DNA of 21,474 nucleotides from Octopus sinensis (taxonomy: Eukaryota), in contig NW_021823731.1 of assembly GCF_006345805.1 (NCBI RefSeq), positions 1-21,474 on the forward strand, read 5' to 3'. Below, one piece after another: positions 1 to 9,175 of the stretch. Within the stretch, counting starts at the first letter, position 1. Every line of letters begins with the position of its first letter. The notes under the pieces are model-generated. The model was not told the origin of the DNA. It saw only the letters and a program-made list of their open reading frames with translations, and searched no databases. The position numbers and the translations under genes are program-made.

Positions 1-333
1 GCACTGCAAGCTGCTGGATTGGCGGATGCCTTTGATGCAGTGGAAACCCGAAAATGTGCCAAAGGCTTCGTTACTACTTATGTACCTGCCTACTTGGTAT
101 TGCGTTATTTCATCTCGGACTCCATCTGGTTGCAGGCCATACACAGCAGCAGCATCAGCGCCTTTGTTGATGTACTTGCACACATATTTGATGGACTTTA
201 CAGAATGGCAGAGCTCGACATTTATGTGAGCATCGAATGCCTTCGACAGGATTGGGCAGTAAGGCACTATCCATCTGTTGTCTACTTCATACGGACCAAC
301 ATGTGCGGTGAATCCACCGTCCTTTGCTTTCCG
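1..333 (-). mobile_element. Helitron Rep/helicase (RepHel) coding fragment, disrupted; continues off the left edge
   Basis: Manual minus-strand translation reads RKAKDGGFTAHVGPYEVDNRWIVPYCPILSKAFDAHINVELCHSVKSIKYVCKYINKGADAAAVYGLQPDGVRDEITQYQVGRYISSNEAF. After a 1-nt frameshift near 60 it continues WHIFGFPLHQRHPPIQQLAV. DNRWIVPY, HINVE, the KYxxKYxxKG catalytic-tyrosine motif and RYISSxEAxWxIFGFPxH are hallmark Helitron Rep motifs. There is an in-frame TGA just upstream (~334). Confidence 0.92.
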
Positions 334-399
334 TCATGGAAACGCAGTGATCTCCGTCTAGGAATGGACAGTGTCTAAGAATGGATTTGGGTGAACAAT

Positions 400-1060
400 T
401 TTAAACATTGGACTTGGCAAAAACTAAAAAGTTAGTGCTCCAAATGGCGTAGTTTAGCATTTGTATGTTTGAATAAATGTTTGGCAGCGGAAGTTTGTAA
501 CGTAGTAGTGCACTGAGCCCCGGCAAAGGATGACTTTTGCTTAATTAAGAGTGTCAATAGGGTGAGTAGTGGTGCAAAAAAGTGATGATGCACGCCTTGT
601 TGTCTCTACTCGCTAAGTAACACCATACACAGCAAGTAAGGCATGGGTATGGTTAATGGAGAAGCTATTGCAAGCAGTAATAGGGCTTCAAAAGCTTTGA
701 CGTGATTTTTTACAATGAACCACCGCTATGGCCCTCGACTAAGAACGCCTATTGCTCAATGTTACACATTGGAACTTGCAAAGAGTATGGAACATGGGTT
801 CTTTTGCTGTCTTTCTTCAAAGTAACAAGTGTAGCAATGGAATGACTAAACGTTTGGCAACTGGCTTTTTTAAGGTAGCATTACATTGAACCCTGGCAAA
901 GAAAGGGTAAGTGCTTCGTTTATTGGGCCAAAAAATGTGTCAAAAGTGTAGCTAGAGGTGCAAAACGTGTTGGTGCATGATATTTTTTGCTCTCTCCCCC
1001 CAAAATAACACATTAACGTGTAAAATGGAGCAATTCAGGCGTGAACAAAAGTTCAGCAAC
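400..1060. repeat. Diverged ~370-bp direct tandem duplication (two units)
   Basis: Collinear matches: ACATTGGACTTGGCAA (405) vs ACATTGGAACTTGCAA (766); AAATGTTTGGCA (475) vs AAACGTTTGGCA (848); GGCAAAG (522 vs 895); GGTGCAAAA (571 vs 957); AATGGAG (~655 vs ~1024). Offsets are 361-386 bp. Confidence 0.6.
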
Positions 1061-1227
1061 ACATGTGCGCATAAGGTCACTTTATGTGTATGCCCCCCGA
1101 TCATGCATGCAGGTCACGGGGGTGATTTCCTCTCCATGATCTAACTCTGACCTTGTGGAGCATGTGTATAAATTTTGAGGTCAATCGGACATTGAATGTG
1201 GATTTCTATAAAAAAACATAAATGGCT

Positions 1228-1460
1228 ACAGACACACTGACACACTGACACACACACACACACACACACACACAACTCATTTTTATAATATAGAAGATGT
1301 GGTGTGTGTTTTGTGTGCGTGTGTGTGTATTAAACTCTATATACGTTTTTACGTGTGTATGGATGTGTAGATGTGTATTTGTATTAATGGATGCTGAAAG
1401 TGTGTATTTATGGAAAGATGCTGTATGTATATACAAGTATATGTGTGTATACATCATGCA
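1228..1460. repeat. (CA)n and degenerate (TG/TA)n microsatellite cluster
   Basis: Pure CA run at ~1249-1274 followed by degenerate TG/TA repeats. Confidence 0.9.
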
Positions 1461-1466
1461 TGTATG

Positions 1467-2400
1467 TATGTGTTTTTATTTGCTTAGTCTGGAAGGCGGG
1501 GCAGAGCCCATGGCCTCTGTAGACCCTCCAACACCATGTCATTAATGTTCTGGTCTAACCCCTGCAAGAAAGATATGAGCAGGGGAAGACAATTACGGTG
1601 GGTCGATGTTTCAGGGAGGAAGAAGGACGGCGTGGATTGGTCAGACCAGGACTGAAGTTTGGATTGAAGAGAGGTGAGAGAGAGGAGCGGATCTGTGGTT
1701 GCTGAATGGGAGAGGGACATGAACAGCGACCTTCACAGGCATGATGGAAACATGCCGGAGAGTAAAGAGTCTGTTCTTTAGGGGTTTAATGCCAATCAGT
1801 TGAACAGCCCTTATTTGGACGTGGTCCAGGGTAAATGGTTGAGGCTGATTGGTGAGGAATGAAGGTTCATATTGACTCCATGAGGATGGTCATTGTTGGA
1901 TTTAGCAATAAGCAGGTGATTGGCTTATGTGACAGAACCAAACCCCTGGAAGTACACGAGAGTTAATTTTGAATGAGATGGAATGAGCTCCATCAACATA
2001 AGTTGCAATGGTGTGATCTGATTGGAAGCTACTGACTGAAGAGGTGTGAAATGGGTAGAAACCATACGTGGGAATTTTCTTTTTTTTTTTGTAGGAGATT
2101 CACATCCCAGACAGGGACAAAAGTTTTCTTGTTGTCTTGGGGTAACAAAGTGGCTTTTACTGAAAATCTCAGAAATGTCATCCGGCTGGTGAATGACAAG
2201 AAACCATCGGTCCCCAACGGATCGGGCTCAGCACAAGATGTGCTAATGGTCACTGGGCTGAGAGAGGGATTCAACGTTTTGGAGAAGGTCATTGTTTTCA
2301 TTACCTGGGAGATGTTTGTGGTGAGAGCCATAGCGTGATACTTGATTGGGTTAAACGAGCTGCCTTTATTTGGAATGGGGCACACTGAAGCATGCCTGAA
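1467..2400 (-). mobile_element. Degenerate CR1/L2-group LINE (L2/Crack/Daphne-like): ORF2 RT fragment plus 3' end, internally deleted
   Basis: Minus-strand pieces across frameshifts: RHASVCPIPNKGSSFNPIKYHAMALTTNISQVMKT (cf. PIPKKG..NYRPIALTS.ISKVME), KKTFVPVWDVNLLQK (cf. KAFDRVWH..LL.K), INSRV.QG (cf. INSGVPQGS), LDHVQIRAVQLIG and SFFLPETSTHRNCLP (cf. SFFPRTS.LWNSLP). An A-rich tail then runs into the microsatellite. Confidence 0.82.
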
Positions 2401-2975
2401 AATGTCAGTAATAATTGGAATTAATATGGATTTATAATCAACGTAGAGGAGCTTTAGGTTTCAAAGCAGTTACCCATAAATGTTCTCCTTCTCACTGATT
2501 GTATTACAGATGTAATAATATATATATCTATATGTACGTGTATCTCTAGTTATCTGTCTGTCTGTCTATGTAAATATATGTATGTGTGTCGGTGTGTGTA
2601 TTTCTTAGCAGGGGTGTTGAATATATTTATCCTGCGGCAGTCTTTGCTGAGGTTGGTATTGTATCTTGCTGTAGCCAAAACATCATGTGACAGTAGGGGG
2701 GAGGAAGCCCCTCGATGACATTCAGGCAGCTGATGATCACATGTGTTATTGCAACGGTCAACATTTACTGTTGTGTATCTTGGTTTGCAATTTAAGGGTT
2801 TCACTGTCTCATCTGTTCATTAGATACTCCATTCTTTCTCCTGCTCTTGGGTCACAAATATAAAAAAATAAAATCCCCCAAAATAACATAGCCTTCAGAC
2901 GTGAATGGTGTACCAATCACAATTTGTTTTAAGGTTGCACTTCAGGTCACACTTCATTTCAAGTTTAAGGGAAAC

Positions 2976-3300
2976 CATCATCATCATTATCATAATCATT
3001 GAACATCTGCCTTCCATGCTGGCATGGGTTGGACGGTTTGACAGGAGTTGGCCAGGCAGCAGCTGCTGGCACCAGACTTCTCTATCTGTTTTATCAGGGT
3101 TTTATGGCTGGATGCCCTTCCTAAAACCAATCACCCAGCAGAGTGGACCTTTTTTTACATGGCACAAGCACAGGCGAGGTCAGTTTTGGCAAGGTTCTCA
3201 CAGTTTGATGCCTTTCCAAATGCCAACCACTACACAGTGTGGACTGAATGCTTTTCACATGGCACCAGTGCTAGCAGGGCCACCAAGTGACTTGGAAGAC
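2976..3300 (-). mobile_element. Non-autonomous retroposon with (GAT)n tail (RTE-type/SINE-like); same family as 6604-7023
   Basis: The reverse complement contains TTAGGAAGGGCATCCAGCC..AAAA and ends AACCGTCCAACCCATGCCAGCATGGAA..GATGTT.AATGAT(GAT)n, matching the 3' part of 6604-7023. Confidence 0.75.
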
Positions 3301-3876
3301 AAAGGTCCTTGAGAAGGGAGGGGACATTGGAGAGATGATCTTGTGTCAGATGATGAAAGCTTACACTGAGACAGAAACAGTGTGTTTCAGTAGAGGGGTA
3401 CATAGTTACCCGGGCCATACATTATTGTTTATAGTATAGAGAATGTTTGTGTTCTTGTGTCGGCTGAGGTAGGCTAGTACCTACGCACCTGGTTTCAAAC
3501 GAGAGGTCAACAGAAAGCGAATGTTTATTGAAGAGTCAGTTGCAGGAACCGAAGGATGTTACAGACTTCATGCTTTAGCATTTGGTTTGATGTATCTATT
3601 TTTGCATCTGTTCTTTTTACACTGCTGTGTGATATCGTTCAGTGATATCAAACTGCCTTTAAACCCTGCCTGGTGTTACTCTGGCATGGGATCCACGACC
3701 TAAACGGAGATTACTTTAGGTTACTTTTTAGTTTATTTTCCCATTTTTAAATACCTTTAAGATGTTGGCTAAAGATTTTTTTACAATAAATTATTCTGTA
3801 CTTAGCATTGTAAATGCATTCTTTCAAACTTCTTTCTATTTTATGATGATAAAACTGTTTCCTGTAGGACTTAGTG

Positions 3877-4100
3877 AATAATGATCCTGTCTATTATAGG
3901 CAGAAAGCCTGAAATTTGTGGGGAGGGCATAGTCGATTACATTGACCCCCAGTACTCCACTGGTACTTTTATTTATCAACCCCAAATAATGAAAAAAGTA
4001 ACGTCGACCTCATGAAATTTGAACTCAGAACGTAGCGATGAGCGAAATATCGCTAAGCATTTTGTCCAGAATGCTAATGATTCTGCCAGCTCACCTCCTT
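3877..4100 (-). mobile_element. tRNA-derived octopus-type SINE (Nin-like central domain), diverged copy
   Basis: The reverse complement starts GGAGGTGAGCTGGCAGAATCATTAGC (A-box region) and has GAGTTCAAATT (B-box-like). These are followed by GGGGTTGATAAATAAAAGTACCAG..CTGGGGGTCAATGTAATCGACT and an ATTATT tail. Family naming is from recall. Confidence 0.75.
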
Positions 4101-4186
4101 GACTTAGAGAATAATGATAAAAAAACAAAAAACTGGAATAAAAATAAGCCACGAGTTTTGCAACGAAAGAAATGAACCTAAAGTAC

Positions 4187-4258
4187 GATGATGGTAGTGG
4201 TGGTGGTGGGTGATGATGATGATGATTGTGGTGGTGATGATGATGATGATGATGATGT
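4187..4258. repeat. (GAT/GGT)n trinucleotide microsatellite
   Basis: Direct inspection; it explains ORFs 4104..4331 and 4188..4376. Confidence 0.9.
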
Positions 4259-4604
4259 AGACTGTCAAATGTACGAATGGAAAATATTTCAAGAAAGACA
4301 AAAAAAAAACGGTCAAATTGGAATTAGTCAAGGGATAGAAATCACGGGAAAACCAGAGTATTTCCCCCTCATCTGATAAAGTTACACGGAACTACCTAAG
4401 AAAGTTTGTATGTGGACAAACAAATGTTTAGAAATAGCAGTCACGTATTTCCGAAATCCGTCAATGTTTTTTATAAAAGGAAGGACACTATTTAACACAC
4501 ACACACACACGGGTACAGGCGTTTCACTGCTTGACACCACAAACAAGTATTTTCTATTATAACTTCTTAGAAACTGAAAGTAGCCTGTTGTACATGTATA
4601 TATA

Positions 4605-4670
4605 CAGGGTGTCCCCCACACGAATGTATACACACTTTAGATAATTGTAAAGTGGGTGTTTATTAATGTT
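4605..4670 (+). mobile_element. Possible solitary Tc1/mariner terminus
   Basis: TA|CAGGGTGTCC..ATGTATACACACTTT resembles common Tc1/mariner ends with a TA target site. I found no partner end. Confidence 0.35.
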
Positions 4671-5805
4671 ACACGTTCATATCTATGTGTATGCGTAGAT
4701 ATAAGTATATATGAATACATCCCCACTATTAGTACTATTTTGTTAAGCGCATCTAGTAAGCAGTATGACCTGTGTCATTTACAGTTTGTGAACATGCCAA
4801 GTAAAGAAACGGGTAGAATCATAAAAATGCCTTCAGTGAGTTGTTTATTATCTCTCACCCGACCAAAAGAATACATAACACACTGGTTGTCATTAACAAC
4901 AAGGTCCACATCAAATCTAATACTTTCTATACACAAAACTATATTACATCACATAATGTCGTATGGTGACTTGTATGTTTTAGGTTTGTTTGAATAGATT
5001 TTGCTTTTGATCACTGAGGTGGCTTTGCTTTCTTTTTTCCTCCTGAAATACTTGTGAACAGTTTTCGATACGATTCTGCCGTGTCTGCTGTGTTTAAACG
5101 ATAGAAAGAAGACGGCAGGCGATAAATATATACACCAGAAAATGGAGACGTTAAGAAATAGGTGACGATATTAAATAAAGAATATTGATTCACTGTTGGT
5201 GAATTGTTAGAAAATGAGCATTTTTCGTTGCCTTTTGGAGCTGGCAAACCAGTCTGAGTTGGTCAGATATAGACTGCTGTTTCCAGACGTTCACTTGTGT
5301 CTTTTAGGTGAGTCCTAACCCTGCCTCAAGGGACGAAGTCAAGAATTGCAGGGGAGCTGGTTCTGAAAGACTTGAATCGCCTCTCGTAAGTGGAATAGGA
5401 AATCTCTTAGGATAGCTGTTTGTTGCTAGAGGCACAAAAACTGCAGTCGACAAGACTAGGTTTAAATGCTGACTAAACTTTTTAAAATGTTTACTGGTTG
5501 CACATGTAAGAATTCAGGAGAGATGCAACGCATAAAAGGAAGGCATTTTCTGTTGGAAGTTGTTGATATGAAGTGTGCAGGTGAGACATGTCTGTCGATG
5601 TGGAGTGAGAGAATGGTAACTGTTGCAGCCTGTGATGCACAGGATTTAGCGACAACATTTCTATGAATCTCATTGTGAGATGTTTACCAGAGCCATAATT
5701 ATATAGGTGTATGCAAGTATATAAATACTTGCATAAACTTACGTGTGTGTGTGCGTGCGTGCGTATGCTTACACGTGTGTTTGTCTATGTATACATATAT
5801 ATATA

Positions 5806-5952
5806 TACGACGGGCTTCTTTCTGTTTCCGTCTACCAAATCCACTCACAAGGCTTTGGTTGGCCCAAGGCTACAGATGTGCCACGCAGCAGGACTGAACC
5901 CGGAAGCATGTGGTTCGTAAGCACGCTACGTACCACACAGCCACTCCTGCGT
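5806..5952 (-). mobile_element. tRNA-derived SINE 5' half (same family as 8643-9026) with ~17-nt internal deletion
   Basis: The reverse complement GCAGGAGTGGCTGTGTGGT..CCGGGTTCAGTCC..CCAAAGCCTTGTGAGTGGATTTGGTAGACGGAAAC.GAAAGAAGCCCGTCGTATA aligns to 8643-8810. It lacks the TTGGGCAAGTGTCTT segment. Confidence 0.85.
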
Positions 5953-6096
5953 CTATCTATGTATCTGTCTTCTGTCTGTCTATCCATCTCTCCCTCTCTT
6001 TCTCTCTATCTGTCTACCTATCGATCGATCAGTGTGTGTTTCTACTTGGTTGAGTCCTAGAATAGAGGCCGAAAATGTTCTGTTCATTCTATCTTG

Positions 6097-7509
6097 GGTA
6101 CTTGTCAATTGTCGTGGTCCCGGTTTTGCACACGCGAATTCGCGCGCGCGCGCGCGCCAGACGTAGGTACTCGATACTCGAGATCCTACGAGGTGACTTG
6201 CGCATGCGCAGTGCAGAATTCGCGCGTGCGCGTTAAACCCCCCCCCTAAAAAAAAAGGTGTTGGATTTCACTAAAAATATATGTGTGTGTGTGTGTGTAT
6301 ATATAACATTTTCAATTTTACACAAAATAATTACATAGTCGCTTTCCTCGCGGATTTACAGAGAAATGAATTAATTACTAATAGTAAATAGTAAATTGAA
6401 GTGTGAACACAGCACCTTACAGAGATAAGTATATGACATTTATTTTTAAAATTTAACTTAATTTGTTTTATATTCTAAATATTTGCAATTTCAAAAATAT
6501 ATTAATTTTGCGTTTTTTAATTTGATAAAGTCTACGGAATAATTTTGCGCGTTTTTTTATAATTCTACGGAAAGAATTTAGTGCGAAAAATTATACATTT
6601 ATACACAAGACCTGTTGAGGCAAGCGAAGTTGATATCGAACCTCATCCCACGACAGGCACCCATGCCAACCCCCTTTGCTTGCGAAGACATGTTGGGGCA
6701 AGTGTGGCACCCGGCAAATGCCAGTACCCCTGACTGGTGGTACGTAAAAAGCACTATCCGAATCGTGGCCGATGCCAGAGCCGCCTCGACTGGCACCAAT
6801 CCCCCGTGGCCGTTGCCAGCCTCGCCTGGCACCTGTGCGGGTGGCATGTAAAAAGCACCCACTACACTCTCGGAGTGGTTGGCGTTAGGAAGGGCATCCA
6901 GCTGTAGAAACATTGCCAGATAAGACTGGAGTCTGGTGCAGCCTTCTGGCTTCCCAGATCCCCGGTCGAACCGTCCAACCCATGCTGGCATGGAGAACGG
7001 ACGTTAAACGATGATGATGATGAGAAGAAATTAATTCATTAAGTTACCAAATTATATACGTCTGTAAAAAAAAAAAAGTTTCACAAATTATATACGTTCG
7101 CGTTTGTGTAAAAAAAATTATTAACCAAGTTTTATAAATTATTTACTTTGTTCAAAAAATATTATTAATATTAATTAATTTTCAAGAATTATTTAATTTA
7201 TATAATTAATTTTATTCTGTAAAATAGTAATTAATTCATTTCTCTGTAAATCCGCGAGGAAAGCGACTATGTAATTATTTTGTGTAAAATTGAAATTGTT
7301 ATATATACACACACACACACACATATATTTTTAGTGAAATCCAACACCTTTTTTTTTAGGGGGGGGGGGTTAACGCGCACGCGCGAATTCTGCACTGCGC
7401 ATGCGCAAGTCACCTCGTAGGATCTCGAGTATCGAGTACCTACGTCTGGCGCGCGCGCGCGCGCGAATTCGCGTGTGCAAAACCGGGACCACGACAATTG
7501 ACAAGTACC
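6097..7509. mobile_element. Non-autonomous DNA transposon with ~285-bp TIRs, probably Merlin superfamily
   Basis: Near-identical inverted repeats at 6097-6380 and 7225-7509 with GGTACTTG...CAAGTACC ends. An 8-bp direct repeat CTATCTTG lies at 6089-6096 and 7510-7517. GG termini plus an 8-bp TSD fit Merlin; a 6-bp TATCTT/GGG reading is formally also possible. No transposase ORF inside. Confidence 0.8.
6604..7023 (+). mobile_element. (GAT)n-tailed retroposon nested inside the Merlin-like element
   Basis: Contains GTGGTTGGCGTTAGGAAGGGCATCCAGCTGTAGAAAC and the 3' end CCGTCCAACCCATGCTGGCATGGAGAACGGACGTTAAAC(GAT)n. It is homologous to 2976-3300. The 5' boundary is approximate and I saw no TSD. Confidence 0.75.
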
Positions 7510-7528
7510 CTATCTTGTTATATACATA

Positions 7529-7779
7529 TTGGCTTGGTGCATAATTATTGCGGCTTTTTTTCAACAAATTTCATTCAACAAAACAATAACAACATGCAAT
7601 AAAAACATCTTTAAATGATTATTATTCCGGAGCATATTCACCATCTCCTTCAATTACTGCTTCCTATTGCTTGGCAGACGGTCAGACCGTCATTCAAAGA
7701 TGTTTTTGTTAAATATTGTTATTGTTTTTGTTGAATAAATTTGTTGAAAAATAGCCGCAATAATTATACACCGACTCAA
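7529..7779. mobile_element. mariner-derived MITE with ~90-bp imperfect TIRs and TA TSD
   Basis: The left end TA|TTGGCTTGGTGCATAATTATTGCGGCTTTTTTTCAACAAAT matches the inverted right end TA|TTGAGTCGGTGTATAATTATTGCGGCTATTTTTCAACAAAT. The termini resemble the Hsmar1/MADE1-type TIR TTAGGTTGGTGCAAAAGTAATTGCGG. Confidence 0.8.
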
Positions 7780-8257
7780 TATCTCATAGATATACACGTA
7801 ATATGCCACAAGCAGAGAGACGTACACACATGTTTTGTATATGACTGTGTACTTGTGGCTGCATGTGTTTATATTGGTGAATGTATGTATAAAACGCGTG
7901 TTATAATTCTGCGAGTTGGTTTCCTGTGGATTCGCGTTCAAATCCATGACAAGGCAGAGGTAGAGAAGGAAATCTATTTCCTTATTTCTTTCTATATTGA
8001 GTAAAAGGATTGCCTCACACCTACACATCTGCGCAAATAGGACGGACGTCCCTTTCCATCACTGAACGACGTGGGTGTGTACGTGTTGGATTGTTTGCAT
8101 GTGTGTGTGTGTGTGTGTCTTGAGGACTCAGTAGTAGAATGGGAGGCTGAAACACTCCTTGTTAAACATACTACTTCCATAAACAACCAAAACCCAGACA
8201 CTGGTACAGAGTGGAGGTTGTTGTAGATAAAGACAAAGTGAGTGAGTTAATACAGAC

Positions 8258-8260
<3 letters not shown>

Positions 8261-8316
<56 letters not shown>
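8261..8316. repeat. (TA)n microsatellite
   Basis: Pure TA run abutting the foldback element. Confidence 0.95.
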
Positions 8317-8318
<2 letters not shown>

Positions 8319-8517
8319 AATTGAGGACTGAACACGAAAAGTGGACAGTCAACATGCTAGATATAGACGTCAAATCGCCATTCTCCACAAAAGATTATGT
8401 TCTCAGTACAAACTTGGTGAGTTTGATCTGAGAACATAATCTTTTGTGGAGAATGGCGATTTGACGTCTATATCTAGCATGTTGACTGTCCACTTTTCGT
8501 GTTCAGTCCTCAATTGG
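8317..8517. mobile_element. 201-bp foldback/hairpin MITE-like element in a (TA)n site, superfamily unassigned
   Basis: Arms 8317-8406 and 8428-8517 (90 bp each) are exact reverse complements. The 21-nt centre itself contains CAAACT/AGTTTG pairing. Ends are CCAATTG...CAATTGG, flanked by TATATA on both sides. Confidence 0.8.
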
Positions 8518-8642
8518 TATATATAAATATTTAATCTTCGTATTCTTTTTTAATATGCTAGACCACTGGTCTTAATTGATAAATATCAATTTCTACCCTT
8601 AATTAATATATATATATGTATGTGTGTGTGTGTATGTGTGTA

Positions 8643-9024
8643 GGGCAGGAGTGGCTGTGTGGTAAGTAGCTTGTTTACCAACCACATGGTTCCGGGTACA
8701 GTCCCACTGCGTGGCATCTTGGGCAAGTGTCTTCTACTATTGCCTCGGGCCGACCAAAGCCCTGTGAGTGGATTTGTTTGATGGAAACTGAAAGAAGCCC
8801 GTCGTATATATTTATATATATATATGAGTGTGTCTGTGTTTGTCCCCCTAGCATTGCTTGACAACCGATGTTTACGTCCCCGTTACTTAGCGGGTCGGCA
8901 AAACGGTCCGATAGAATAAGTACTAGGCTTACAAAAGAAAAAGTCCCGGGATCGAGTTGCTCGATTAAAGGCGGTGCTCCAGCTTGGCCGCAGCCAAATG
9001 ACTGAAACAAGTAAAAGAGTAAAA

Positions 9025-9026
<2 letters not shown>
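8643..9026 (+). mobile_element. Full-length tRNA-derived octopus-type SINE with internal TA/TG microsatellite
   Basis: A-box-like TGGCTGTGTGG, B-box-like GGGTACAGTCCC and CORE-like CTTGGGCAAGTGTCTT. An internal (TA)n follows, and the 3' part GATAGAATAAGTACTAGG...ACTGAAACAAGTAAAAGAGTAAAAG ends at a (TA)n tract (9027-9075). Confidence 0.85.
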
Positions 9027-9079
<53 letters not shown>

Positions 9080-9175
9080 AATAGATATATTCATAAAAAG
9101 ATAGACAGATAGAGAGAGAGAGATGGCTAGATAGATAGGGGAGAGAGTCAAACAGACATATAATATATATATAAT

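Noticed and set aside
19-378. 119-aa + strand ORF
   Set aside because: It is the antisense shadow of the Helitron Rep fragment on the minus strand.
2905-3312. ORFs 2905..3312, 6599..6991 and 6615..6851
   Set aside because: They are chance frames through the (GAT)n-tailed retroposon copies and have no protein motifs.
5280-5400. Strong-looking splice donors (AG|GTGAGT at ~5308, GTAAGT at ~5386)
   Set aside because: I found no convincing open exon or acceptor partner, and such hexamers arise by chance.
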